From Candidatus Hodarchaeota archaeon (lineage in GTDB: Archaea > Asgardarchaeota > Heimdallarchaeia > Hodarchaeales > Hodarchaeaceae): 23,694 bases of DNA. Position numbers and translations under genes: made by a program. This document shows positions 1 through 9,566 of the stretch, one piece after another. Positions within the stretch are counted from its first letter, which is position 1. Each line of letters begins with the position of its first letter. The notes under the pieces were generated by a model. It was not told the DNA's origin. It did not search any database and saw only the letters and a list, made by a program, of their open reading frames with translations. The stretch spans positions 1 to 23,694 of the forward strand of contig JAEOTQ010000010.1 of NCBI GenBank assembly GCA_016839785.1, in the 5' to 3' direction.

Positions 1-230
1 ATTCCAAGCACTTTGGCCCCATATCGTGAACGTAATTCAGGAGTATTTGCTGGTACAGGTACCCATGTTCCTGTACTTTGTTCACAGGCTGCAGCTCTGC
101 CCATATACCATGGGTCCATTCGAGGACCTAGTTGAACCATGTAAGTCCCGATTATGTATTCCTCTGGATTAATCCCCTCTTGTAAAGCTTCTTCTACTGG
201 ATCATATTGTGCAAAAATATCTTTAGGCAT
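1..230 (-). CDS. RuBisCO-like protein (form IV RLP), N-terminal part; runs off the window edge
   Basis: Not in the ORF track. Manual translation from ATG 230 gives MPKDIFAQYDPVEEALQEGINPEEYIIGTYMVQLGPRMDPWYMGRAAACEQSTGTWVPVPANTPELRSRYGAKVLG. YI.GTY and EQSTGTW..VP..T.E.R....AKV are RbcL N-domain signatures, and EQS is typical of form IV. A GAGGT SD lies upstream. Confidence 0.88.
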   Translation of the reverse strand, partial: MPKDIFAQYDPVEEALQEGINPEEYIIGTYMVQLGPRMDPWYMGRAAACEQSTGTWVPVPANTPELRSRYGAKVLG

Positions 231-395
231 TTTAATACCTCAATTAGTAGTCAAGTTGATTGAACCCCTCACTCTAAATTCCTCTGATAAATCTTACGTT
301 GGGCTCTCTCTCTCCCTCTATATGAAAAAATGCGTTCAAAAGTAGAAAATAGTGGTATAATCAAAAATAAGGAACAATTGAATCAAATTATCGAT

Positions 396-545
396 TTATT
401 CATATTTTAGAGGTTCTGGTAGATCAGGATCGTTTATCTGTCGGGAATCTGCTAAGCGTTGCCGACATTCATAACATAAACCTGATGTATGGTGTCGAGT
501 CATCAACCGTCCGCATTTTTTGCATGGTCCGAGTACGGTACCCAT
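396..545 (-). CDS. 49-aa zinc-finger microprotein (CxxC...CxxC)
   Basis: Below the ORF-track cutoff: MGTVLGPCKKCGRLMTRHHTSGLCYECRQRLADSRQINDPDLPEPLKYE*. Strong GAGGTGG SD upstream, and co-oriented with its neighbours. Confidence 0.75.
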   Translation of the reverse strand: MGTVLGPCKKCGRLMTRHHTSGLCYECRQRLADSRQINDPDLPEPLKYE

Positions 546-604
546 CTGTTGTCCACCTCACTTGGTTAATTAATTATCAAGATATTCTTGATTTGGAGAT
601 ATTA

Positions 605-1225
605 TTAATTGTTCGACCGACGCCAATCCAGAATTGAAGTCTGTTCGAATACTTTGTAGATTACAATACCTAGATATCCGCCCAATAAGACTCCTGAGAA
701 AAAACTGAACACTATTATGAGGAGAAATACTTCAGGTGGAAAATTTCTACCAATGAATGTTTCTATTTGAATTATTATATTTGATACTGATGCTAATCCA
801 GCAGAAATTGCGATAGCAACATGATGTAAACTTTTACCTTTGAATAATCGTGTGAGTATATACATTGACATTTCAAAGACTAAAGCGGCTCCCACAGCTA
901 ATATAAAAGCAAAAATGACAAGAGTATTTCCACTGAATAACTCTACTATTCCCTTTATTACTCCTGCAAGGAGAACAGCACCTATTTTCTCATTAACTAG
1001 GAAATAAATTAAGACAAACCAAACAATATGTAATCCTGAAGCGATCTGGCCACTTCCAGGTATACCTAAGGGTAGGAAAATCGTACGAGCTATATTTGCT
1101 ATGACAGAGCTCGAAAGCCCACCAAGGGCTGCGAATAAAGCTATTATAACTAAGTCTGATGTTTCAAAGTAATAAGATATTTGTTGTCTATTTTTTGGCT
1201 TATTATTATCAGAAGAAGGTTCCAT
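605..1225 (-). CDS. ECF transporter S component (substrate-binding membrane protein)
   Basis: 206 aa with about 6 hydrophobic helices and an N-terminal DLVIIALFAALGG helix carrying the AxxxA motif. GGAG SD upstream. Confidence 0.7.
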   Translation of the reverse strand: MEPSSDNNKPKNRQQISYYFETSDLVIIALFAALGGLSSSVIANIARTIFLPLGIPGSGQIASGLHIVWFVLIYFLVNEKIGAVLLAGVIKGIVELFSGNTLVIFAFILAVGAALVFEMSMYILTRLFKGKSLHHVAIAISAGLASVSNIIIQIETFIGRNFPPEVFLLIIVFSFFSGVLLGGYLGIVIYKVFEQTSILDWRRSNN

Positions 1226-1281
1226 TTATTCACAAATCTCCTCAGACTGACAGTTTATTCTAATGGAAAGAGAAAGTGTTT

Positions 1282-3072
1282 TCAGTATAAATAGCTCTTA
1301 TCCTGGGGTATCGCATAGAGTAATTCAATGTCTTTTTCCAATTCATCCTCCAATCTTCCACATTGCTCCTCTAGCTTCTCTTGCTGCTTATTCTGAAATT
1401 TTTTTGCATAAATTTCTTGATATAGTTTCTGCAATTCTCGCGCAAGTTCTGCAATCCTCTTTGCATACTCTTTTGACTCTTTTGATTTTGGAATTAGAAT
1501 TGGAAGGTTCAAAATCGAATTCTGCACAAAATGGGGAAAATCAGTTCTTTCAGGGTCAAAGAATTTCGATTGGATATATCTCATCATTAATTTTGAGTTC
1601 AAGATTCCCAAAAGGTATTCAAGGATAATAGTTACAAATTCTTCAGTTAATTCATCTCGTCGTTTAAATATGTAAACTACCTGCGACACCCAACGATTTT
1701 GATAATCGATAACCCAATTCATGGTATTTCCAGTTTTTCTGACTAATAATTTGGGCCCTTGATACAATTCTGGAGATTTGTAGTTGATTCCTTGGCAAGC
1801 TATCGTTATATACTTGTGGTTGTGAGTGTAATATCTCTGAATTTGATACCCCGCCAAGAATGGTTTATCATATTCGGAATTTAGTGGATTTTCATGAACG
1901 ATTTCGGAATGAACATCACTAGGATCTACGAAATGATTACAGGTCGAGTTGATGCACTTCCTTCTTGTACGAGGAGGAGGATTCCAAGTTCCACAGCGTA
2001 AACATTGAAGTACTCGTCCTTTTCTCCCAATTTCTACTCCTCTTCCATTCATCACGAATGTACTAAGACGAGTGACTTCTTTTTGATCAGTGTATAGGTC
2101 CTTCTCCATTAGTTGTACCAATGCTGCATTTGGCCCTGCAAATATATCGAATTCTTTTTGAGGGTTCTTCTGAAATCGGATTTGAGGACAGTTGAATGAA
2201 TTACAATCCTCTAATTTCATCTGCAGATTGGCTAAAAGCTGTTTTTCATCTTTTGAAATTCTTGGTACGATACGAATGAGATGACACTCATCAGCTCTAA
2301 TCTTTCTAATGATTACTATCAATGAAGGTTGGATTACTCCTGGAAAAATCCCTTCTCCTAGATTCACTAAATGAGTTATTTGGCATTTTTTTAGAATGAT
2401 TTCTCGTATCTTTTCATAATTCGGATTGGTCAGAAGGGTGTTCGGAACAACAAACCCCAAGTATCCATTATCGCGTAATCCAAGTATACTTCTCTCTAAA
2501 AATAAACTCCATGAATCCATCTGTGAAGTAGCAGTTTTTAAATGCTTTAATTTCCCTTTAATTTTCGAAATATCTGCTCCCCAGGGTGGGTTCCCTAGGA
2601 TGACATGAAATTTTCCTCTAGTTTTAGGAAAATTCTTTTCCCAATCCATAAGAAACGAATCCTGAGTACTATGTGATGTGCTACGTTTTGGCAGAAGGGC
2701 ATCAAATGTTTTGACATTATCTGAATAATTCGGATACCCTAATGCTATACGTGTCATCTTAACTTTGTTTGGATCAATATCGATCCCATACAGATGATTA
2801 AAAACTACATTCTTTTTAATTTCATTAGAAGTTGAATCTTTCGCGCTTTCAGCCTCCCAGAGATTAGTAAGAAAATCTTTTGCCGCAACCAAAAATATTC
2901 CTTCCCCTACTGAAGGATCTAAAATGAACAGATCATCCTGATCGCTAATTTTTTCTTCTTGTAAATATGTCCAAATAGTATTCTTTACAATGTAATTGGC
3001 TATGTATGAAGGAGTAAAAAACTGGCCTAGTTCTTTGATTCTATCTGGAAGATTTTGTTGCATTTCTCGCAC
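1282..3072 (-). CDS. Amino (probably N6-adenine) DNA methyltransferase, gamma class (M.TaqI/Eco57I-like), with C-terminal target recognition domain
   Basis: Motif X GQFFTP, motif I ILDPSVGEGIFL, motif II LYGIDID, motif IV GNPPW, motif VI LGFVVPN. The C-terminal region is TaqI-like (KLLVRK...YLLGILNSKL). The start may be ATG 3063. Confidence 0.9.
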   Translation of the reverse strand: MREMQQNLPDRIKELGQFFTPSYIANYIVKNTIWTYLQEEKISDQDDLFILDPSVGEGIFLVAAKDFLTNLWEAESAKDSTSNEIKKNVVFNHLYGIDIDPNKVKMTRIALGYPNYSDNVKTFDALLPKRSTSHSTQDSFLMDWEKNFPKTRGKFHVILGNPPWGADISKIKGKLKHLKTATSQMDSWSLFLERSILGLRDNGYLGFVVPNTLLTNPNYEKIREIILKKCQITHLVNLGEGIFPGVIQPSLIVIIRKIRADECHLIRIVPRISKDEKQLLANLQMKLEDCNSFNCPQIRFQKNPQKEFDIFAGPNAALVQLMEKDLYTDQKEVTRLSTFVMNGRGVEIGRKGRVLQCLRCGTWNPPPRTRRKCINSTCNHFVDPSDVHSEIVHENPLNSEYDKPFLAGYQIQRYYTHNHKYITIACQGINYKSPELYQGPKLLVRKTGNTMNWVIDYQNRWVSQVVYIFKRRDELTEEFVTIILEYLLGILNSKLMMRYIQSKFFDPERTDFPHFVQNSILNLPILIPKSKESKEYAKRIAELARELQKLYQEIYAKKFQNKQQEKLEEQCGRLEDELEKDIELLYAIPQDKSYLY

Positions 3073-3170
3073 ACAACAAGAGAAAAAATTTTATTGTGCT
3101 AGATTGCCTAGCACAGAGAATGGACTGAGTATAAAAAAGGAAATAACCGACTTATCTTGCCTTATATCCC

Positions 3171-3599
3171 TTATGGCATGATATCAGTATCTTTGATTGT
3201 TTTTCTTTTCGCGTGTCGAGCAATATCAACCGCAGATTTCGATAGAGTGTAACAATAAGCTTCTAATTGCTTATTAAGATACTCGACCGCATCTCCGCTA
3301 ACTCTTTCAGCTCCAGAATCTCTTATGACTCTTTCTACACGAGCTTTTGCGAATGCTTTAGATTTGGGTCCAGTAGGAGATGATTTTGGGGTTCCCACTT
3401 TAGATACCGCAACTTTGATATCATCGCCCTGTACAGTTTTCCTTCCTGCCGCTTTGGCAAAATCAATTGCAGATTTAGATACATCTTTACCAAAATCAGC
3501 GACTAATTCGTCCATACGGGCAATACTCTTTGCAGAAACGCGTTCAGCGCCTGCACCTTTCATGATTGCTTCAATTCTTGCCTTAGCAAAGACAGCCAT
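3171..3599 (-). CDS. Archaeal histone doublet (two tandem histone folds)
   Basis: Two HMf-like repeats (FAKARIE..GAERVS..RKTVQGDDI and FAKARVE..GAERVS..RHAKRKTIKDTDI) joined by a Lys/Pro/Ser/Thr linker. AGGTGA SD upstream. Confidence 0.93.
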   Translation of the reverse strand: MAVFAKARIEAIMKGAGAERVSAKSIARMDELVADFGKDVSKSAIDFAKAAGRKTVQGDDIKVAVSKVGTPKSSPTGPKSKAFAKARVERVIRDSGAERVSGDAVEYLNKQLEAYCYTLSKSAVDIARHAKRKTIKDTDIMP

Positions 3600-3852
3600 T
3601 TTTTCTTTTCACCTTTTTCCAATGATGTTTTTGATTCGAAATTCCACTAATAGAATGCAAATCTAGGGATTCCTCGAAAGAAAGCCACTTTTAAAGATTT
3701 ACATTTGAAATTATTCCATCACTAATTGTTATACAGAGTATAATTGAGCAGTGACTCCTTTAAATGCTTTTCTCTGAAAACATGAAAAAAGAAAAGATTG
3801 GAACCCCAAGGGGCTTATCTTCAAAAATGAAGGAGTAAGAGAGTTATTATCT

Positions 3853-6663
3853 CTATGAACGATTAATAAATTTCGTTTGTGCCAATTTAATGACATCTAA
3901 CATAGCAGTTGCAATAATAACGACTCCGAAGATAAGTATCCATTGGATAAATGTGATAGGAGCCAATTCAAAGATATTCGCCAGTGGTTCAATGTAAACG
4001 ATGAACAAGTGCAGAATAAATGCTAATGCTACAGCGCCAATCAAATAAAGATTGTTAAATGGATTTGTAACCCAAACACTTTGATTATCAGGGGCCCTAG
4101 AGACAAATACTTGGAATAATTCGAAAACTACCGAAACAGTTAATGCTAGTGTTCTCGCTGTGACTAAGTTTTCTCCTGTGAATCCTCCTCCGAATCTCAA
4201 GAAGAAAATCATTGTGGCCACAAATGATATTATTCCTGCAACCAGAGAAAAAATCAGAATTTCATTAAGCATATTACTCTGCCTTCCACGAGGTTTCGCA
4301 CTCATTATATTCGGATCTCCTGGATCAATAGATAATGCTAGTGCAGGGAGACCATCCGTTAGCAGGTTGATCCATAAAATTCCTAATGCAAGATACGGGG
4401 AAGGTAAATCTAACAGTACAGTAGCGGTAAAAACAACTAATATTTCATCGAAATTTGAGCTCAGGAGATATCGAATGAACTTTTTCATATTGGCGTAAAT
4501 GATACGTCCTTCTTCGACTGCACTGACGATGGTACTAAAATTATCATCCATTAACACCATATCACTTGCCTCACGAGCAACATCGGTTCCAGTTATTCCC
4601 ATCGCTATTCCAATGTCTGCTTTTTTCAATGCGGGGGCATCATTAACACCATCACCAGTCATTGCAACAACTAATCCAAACTCCTCTTGTAATGTTTCGA
4701 CTATTCTTCGTTTTATACTTGGTGAAGCTCTTGCGCAGACGTCTAAATCTTTTAATACCTCTTTAAATTCTTCATCATCCATAGCTTCGAGTTCAGTTGA
4801 TGTATGGGCTAAATAGAAGGTATCTTCGTATGGTTTCAAGTCGAGAGATTTCGCAATGGCCAAAGCTGTATCAAGTTGATCTCCAGTAATCATGATAATA
4901 CGAATACCTGCATTCTTACACTTGCGAATTGCGTCCTCTACTTCAGTTCTAGGAGGATCAATCATAGCAATAAGCCCAAGAAATGTCATTTGAACCTCTA
5001 CAGATTCTTCAGTAAAGTCCGTTTCATCATTTGAGAGTTCTTTTTGAGCCACTCCTAGAACACGGAAAGCCTGACTGGCAAGCTCTGAATTATTATTTAT
5101 TATATCTTGACGTACCTTCTCTGTTAATGGGACTCCTTTTCCATCCAATAATACGTGTGTACATAAATCAAGAACTATACCAGGTGAGCCTTTCATGAAT
5201 GCCCATGTTTGTTCAATACCAGGTCGTTTCCGACTGAAAACCATTGTCATTCTTTTTCTATCTGAATCAAAGAAGATCTCACCATTCTCTTTAAGTACGT
5301 ATCCTTCCTCCCAGCTTGTTAGAAGAGCTGCCTTCATTCCTGCGACAATTAATGCCCCTTCTGTAGGATCTCCCTCGACATCCCACTGATTTTTTTCATG
5401 AGAATAATTTACTGCTGCTGTGTTACACAATGCTCCCGCTTTCAATAACTGATAAGAATCTCTATGATCTTTTACATTAATTTTCTCATTATCCTTGGTT
5501 TGAATAAAATTCCCTTTGGGTAAATACCCTGTTCCTGTAATATCAATATATCCCATCTGGGGAGTCCATAATTTTTGCACAGTCATCTTATTTTGAGTTA
5601 AAGTACCTGTTTTATCAGAGCAAATGACTTCAACAGATCCCAAGGTTTCTACAGCTGGAAGCTTTCTTATAACGGCATTTTTCCTCGCCATACGTTGAAC
5701 ACCGATTGCAAAGGTCAATGTTATGGCTGCAGCTAGTCCTTCTGGCACAGCTGAAACAGCTAAGGCGAGAGCGGTCTCAATAACTTCTATGAGTTCACCT
5801 TCCCCATGTTGAAACGCTTGATCCAGCATTTCAAAAAATGTATGCTCAGCTTGAATAATTTGAGCAACAAGAACAATAAACACTACAATTAGTACAATCG
5901 CCCCTAAAACTTTTCCTAATTGCGAAAGTTGAATTTGCAAAGGAGTCTCCTGCTCTTCTGTTTCAATTGTTGATTTAGCAATATGGCCCATTTGGGTATC
6001 CATTCCCGTTCCTGTTACAATGGCACGTCCTCTTCCTTTTACTGTTGTGGTACCCATGTAAACTAAATTCGTTCGGTCAGCGATAGGCATGGTTTCGTCA
6101 TCAAGAAGAGAGGTTGTTTTATCGACAGGAACAGATTCGCCTGTCAGAAGACCCTCTTCTACTCGAAGACGGCTTGCTTCAAATATTCTTCCGTCAGCAG
6201 CAATCGTTTCTCCCTCGTAGCAAAGAAGAATATCACCAGGCACAATTTCTCGCACATCAATCCTCGTTTCAATTCCATCACGAATTACCAAGGTATCATC
6301 GCCTGTTAATTCTTTTAACTTCTCAAGAGCTGCTTCAGCTCGATATTCCTGAACAAATCCAAGAATTGCATTCAATATCACGATGATAATTATGATTCCT
6401 GCTTCAATCCACTCACTAAAGATTATTGAAAGAATAGCCGCCCCAAGAAGTAGGTATACCATAAAATCCTTGAATTGAAGGAGAAAAATCTGTAACGGTG
6501 AGATTGTTTCTGCAGCAATTAATTCATTATGTCCATACTTTTCTATGCGTTTTATTACATCTTCACTAGATAAACCTCGTTGGAGGTCAGTATTGAATTC
6601 TTTTTTCAGATCCTCAACGGTTTTTGTGTGAACTGGAACATTAGGGGAACTAGAATTACTCAT
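3853..6663 (-). CDS. P-type IIA (SERCA-like) Ca2+-transporting ATPase
   Basis: [48 protein letters not shown] and [11 protein letters not shown] motifs, with about 10 TM helices. Confidence 0.95.
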   Translation of the reverse strand: MSNSSSPNVPVHTKTVEDLKKEFNTDLQRGLSSEDVIKRIEKYGHNELIAAETISPLQIFLLQFKDFMVYLLLGAAILSIIFSEWIEAGIIIIIVILNAILGFVQEYRAEAALEKLKELTGDDTLVIRDGIETRIDVREIVPGDILLCYEGETIAADGRIFEASRLRVEEGLLTGESVPVDKTTSLLDDETMPIADRTNLVYMGTTTVKGRGRAIVTGTGMDTQMGHIAKSTIETEEQETPLQIQLSQLGKVLGAIVLIVVFIVLVAQIIQAEHTFFEMLDQAFQHGEGELIEVIETALALAVSAVPEGLAAAITLTFAIGVQRMARKNAVIRKLPAVETLGSVEVICSDKTGTLTQNKMTVQKLWTPQMGYIDITGTGYLPKGNFIQTKDNEKINVKDHRDSYQLLKAGALCNTAAVNYSHEKNQWDVEGDPTEGALIVAGMKAALLTSWEEGYVLKENGEIFFDSDRKRMTMVFSRKRPGIEQTWAFMKGSPGIVLDLCTHVLLDGKGVPLTEKVRQDIINNNSELASQAFRVLGVAQKELSNDETDFTEESVEVQMTFLGLIAMIDPPRTEVEDAIRKCKNAGIRIIMITGDQLDTALAIAKSLDLKPYEDTFYLAHTSTELEAMDDEEFKEVLKDLDVCARASPSIKRRIVETLQEEFGLVVAMTGDGVNDAPALKKADIGIAMGITGTDVAREASDMVLMDDNFSTIVSAVEEGRIIYANMKKFIRYLLSSNFDEILVVFTATVLLDLPSPYLALGILWINLLTDGLPALALSIDPGDPNIMSAKPRGRQSNMLNEILIFSLVAGIISFVATMIFFLRFGGGFTGENLVTARTLALTVSVVFELFQVFVSRAPDNQSVWVTNPFNNLYLIGAVALAFILHLFIVYIEPLANIFELAPITFIQWILIFGVVIIATAMLDVIKLAQTKFINRS

Positions 6664-6753
6664 AAGTGATTCCTTCTGTAAGAGACTGTTCAGTTAAAAG
6701 AACTATTAAAAGTTGATTTTATGGAAGGGGGAGACACATCGATCCGATGAATT

Positions 6754-7992
6754 TCAAGGGAAAGTCAATAAGTTCCCAAGTATGAACCATAGGATGATTC
6801 CAAGAAAAACGAGAATTCCGATCGACAGACCATATCTTGCAACGAATCCCGGAGTAAAAGGCTCTGGCTTTTTAAATATCTGTAAAGGTTCATTCTCATC
6901 AAAAATCATTTCTATCTTCCTTTTTCTCATTTCATCAAAGAATGGAGTTGGATCGGAAATTGCTTCAGGGGGAATAATGCCTTCCATCGCTAATTTTCCC
7001 TGTGCAAATAGTTGTGCAGTAATAGCTGCAGGATAACCAGTCAGTTCTCCCATTTCTAAGGATGGAGTTGCATACACCCAATGGATATTTTTCCCCTTAT
7101 ATGTTCCTTGGATATCAACTCTTGCTGATGAAGCAGCTACTCCACCCGTGGCAAAAATACTTTCAGTAAGATGAACTAGCTTACCTAAAACCTGTTTCCG
7201 GAATTTTCCTTGAGTTAGATGGAGCTGTTTCATGGAATCTGCGAATTTATTATTCCAATCCGGTGTTAAACCTCCCTTCAATGTACACCTTGTTACTTCA
7301 GGAAGAAATTTTGGAATAGTCACTGGTTCTGGATGTCCACAATCAAACACTCCAATTGTCCCTAGAGGTTCAGGAAAATCAAGTCTGACATTGCCTTTTC
7401 CTGCTGGGACATTTCTATACTCTCCATCAATATACGCAGGAAAATCCCCAGTTACTGCATAAAGTACATGCATAATTACCGCTAATCCTTCAGAATCAGC
7501 TGCTCCTCCTGCCCATGAGATATCAAACTCAATTGGTTTATCTTTATCTAATTTATTGTATGCATATCTTGCTAATAAATTGGTTAATCCAGGAGTCCAT
7601 CCATACCCGAGAAAAATGGGAATTTTTGCACTTTTTGCTTCTTCATCCATTTTTAGTATCTCTAGTGTTGGTCCAGAATCATCACATATATCTACTAAAG
7701 GAGTTTTAGCTTCAATAGCGGCTTTAACGACTTTTGGCCCGAAAAAATAGAATGGACCTATTGCAGAACAGGCTACATCATACCTTTCTAGTAGATCTAC
7801 TAATTGGGAATGTTGAGTTGCATCTACCTTTCTATAATCTAGTCGAGGGTCATTTAGTTCATTAATTAGTTGTCTCGCACGTTTTTCATTGATATCAGCT
7901 ACGGTAATATTTGTCCAATCGCCAAATTTTACTGCATCTCTCAAAATATATGATCCCATATCCCCTGCCGCACCAAGAATTAATAGCTTCAT
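6754..7992 (-). CDS. Saccharopine dehydrogenase family NAD(P)-dependent oxidoreductase with C-terminal membrane anchor
   Basis: Rossmann motif LILGAAGDMG, plus IGPFY, VDICDD, GYGWTPGLTN and GHPEP. Hydrophobic tail YGLSIGILVFLGIILWFILGNLL. Confidence 0.85.
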   Translation of the reverse strand: MKLLILGAAGDMGSYILRDAVKFGDWTNITVADINEKRARQLINELNDPRLDYRKVDATQHSQLVDLLERYDVACSAIGPFYFFGPKVVKAAIEAKTPLVDICDDSGPTLEILKMDEEAKSAKIPIFLGYGWTPGLTNLLARYAYNKLDKDKPIEFDISWAGGAADSEGLAVIMHVLYAVTGDFPAYIDGEYRNVPAGKGNVRLDFPEPLGTIGVFDCGHPEPVTIPKFLPEVTRCTLKGGLTPDWNNKFADSMKQLHLTQGKFRKQVLGKLVHLTESIFATGGVAASSARVDIQGTYKGKNIHWVYATPSLEMGELTGYPAAITAQLFAQGKLAMEGIIPPEAISDPTPFFDEMRKRKIEMIFDENEPLQIFKKPEPFTPGFVARYGLSIGILVFLGIILWFILGNLLTFP

Positions 7993-8282
7993 TTTTCAAC
8001 CCTTATCCTTCAGATAGAGTAGTTCACTTGATAAGGATTATTACACATCTGAATTTTTTTTGGGAAGTCGGTCGTGCATTATTTGAGATAAGCCCATTTT
8101 TCGGTGTAAAATCGTTAGACTTCCAAAATTAATAACTACTTTTCAATACCAAAATTTTATTTATTCACAGAAAGAGCTGTTTTAACATATTTTCCTACAG
8201 GGAATGGAAAAGAAAATATGAACTCCCAATAGGAGAACTACTTTTTATCAGATTTAATCAAATTAAAGTAAGTGAATACACA

Positions 8283-9515
8283 ATGAAGGATATGTATCAA
8301 GTATTATCAACCTTAGGATTCACAAAGGAAGAGTCTGAAGAAAATGAAATGATTTTAGATCTCGTAGATGAGATTTGTAGAAAGGAAATCGAACCTTATG
8401 CACAAGAAATGGATGAGATGGGTTGTAAACATGATCCAAAAACTGGGAAGGTGGCTTATCCCCCACAAGCGTATAAAATCTTGAAAAAACTCGGGGAAAG
8501 CGATTTAATGGGATTAGCAATTCCCGAGAAGTACGAAGGTATGGGCCTCTCATTCGCTTTGGTAAATGCTTGCTATGAAAGATTTTCTCGGGCAGATGCA
8601 AGTACTTCATTATTGTTTGGACTTCAGAACTCCTCATCAGATGTTATTGAGCATTTTGGGACAGATGAAGCAAAACAGCAATATCTACCGAAACTTGCCA
8701 GCGGAAAAAAGTTTGGTGGACTTCTCTTTACTGAGCCTGGTTCAGGTTCAGATCTGGGGTCTTTAAAGACAAAGGTGATTGATAATGGTGATCATTACCT
8801 TGTAAATGGTTCAAAAAACTTCATTTCCAACTCAGGAATTGCCGATACATACCTATTTCTAGGTTCTACTGATCCTGAACAGAAATCAAAAGGTTTAACT
8901 GCCTTCATTCTCGATACAGAGAACAATCCTGGATTTAAAGTCTCACGGATTGAAGAGAAGCTTGGATTACATGGGAATGCGACTGGAGAGGTGACACTTC
9001 AGGATGTGAAAATCCCAAAAGAAAATATGCTTGGAAAAATGGGTCGTGGTTTCAGTGTTGTTCTTTATGAATTATCAGCCGCACGAATTGGTATTGGTGC
9101 CCAAGGAGTTGGAATAGCTGATGCGGCTTATCGGAAGGCAGTAAATTATGTGAAGTCCCGTAAGCAGTTCGGTCGTCCAATTGATAGTTTTCAGGTTACC
9201 CAATTTAAAATGGCGGATCTTTTTACAAAAATTCACACTGCACGTATTGCCTATCTCGTTGCAGCGCGCATGAAAGATAGAAATTTGGATTTTGCCGAAT
9301 ATGCAAGTATTGCCAAGTTATATGGATCTGAAATTTCGCAAGAGGTAACATATGAGGCTATTCAAATGCATGGCGGCTATGGTTATGTCAAAGAATATGA
9401 TGTAGAACGCTACTATAGAGACGCTCGTATCACTCCCATTTATGAGGGTACAAATGAAGTCCAACGAATTGTCATTTCACGTGCTGAAATGGCTAAGAAT
9501 TACGCTCCAGAATAA
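8283..9515 (+). CDS. Acyl-CoA dehydrogenase (SCAD/MCAD-type catalytic Glu)
   Basis: FTEPGSGSD, NGSKNFISN, RKQFGRPI, AIQMHGGYGY and RITPIYEGTNEVQR motifs. Confidence 0.95.
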   Translation: MKDMYQVLSTLGFTKEESEENEMILDLVDEICRKEIEPYAQEMDEMGCKHDPKTGKVAYPPQAYKILKKLGESDLMGLAIPEKYEGMGLSFALVNACYERFSRADASTSLLFGLQNSSSDVIEHFGTDEAKQQYLPKLASGKKFGGLLFTEPGSGSDLGSLKTKVIDNGDHYLVNGSKNFISNSGIADTYLFLGSTDPEQKSKGLTAFILDTENNPGFKVSRIEEKLGLHGNATGEVTLQDVKIPKENMLGKMGRGFSVVLYELSAARIGIGAQGVGIADAAYRKAVNYVKSRKQFGRPIDSFQVTQFKMADLFTKIHTARIAYLVAARMKDRNLDFAEYASIAKLYGSEISQEVTYEAIQMHGGYGYVKEYDVERYYRDARITPIYEGTNEVQRIVISRAEMAKNYAPE

Positions 9516-9540
9516 AATTCTGGAGATATCTCCATTTTAT

Positions 9541-9563
9541 CAAAAAAAAGGGGGAGGAAAAAG
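9541..9563 (-). terminator. Polypyrimidine/oligo-T archaeal terminator of the MFS gene
   Basis: The minus strand reads CTTTTTCCTCCCCCTTTTTTTTG directly after the stop codon, between convergent genes. Confidence 0.5.
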
Positions 9564-9566
9564 TGT

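Noticed and set aside
154-345. 63-aa plus-strand ORF from the track
   Set aside because: It is antisense to the RLP start and its promoter and has no recognisable motif.
1282-3072. Complete restriction-modification or type IIG system
   Set aside because: There is no N-terminal nuclease domain and no adjacent endonuclease or specificity gene.
1263-8766. Short ORFs overlapping the MTase, histone, ATPase, dehydrogenase and ACAD genes (e.g. 1263-1628, 3325-3666, 4160-4816, 6713-7036, 8320-8637)
   Set aside because: These are shadow or alternate-frame ORFs of strongly supported genes, with no independent motifs.
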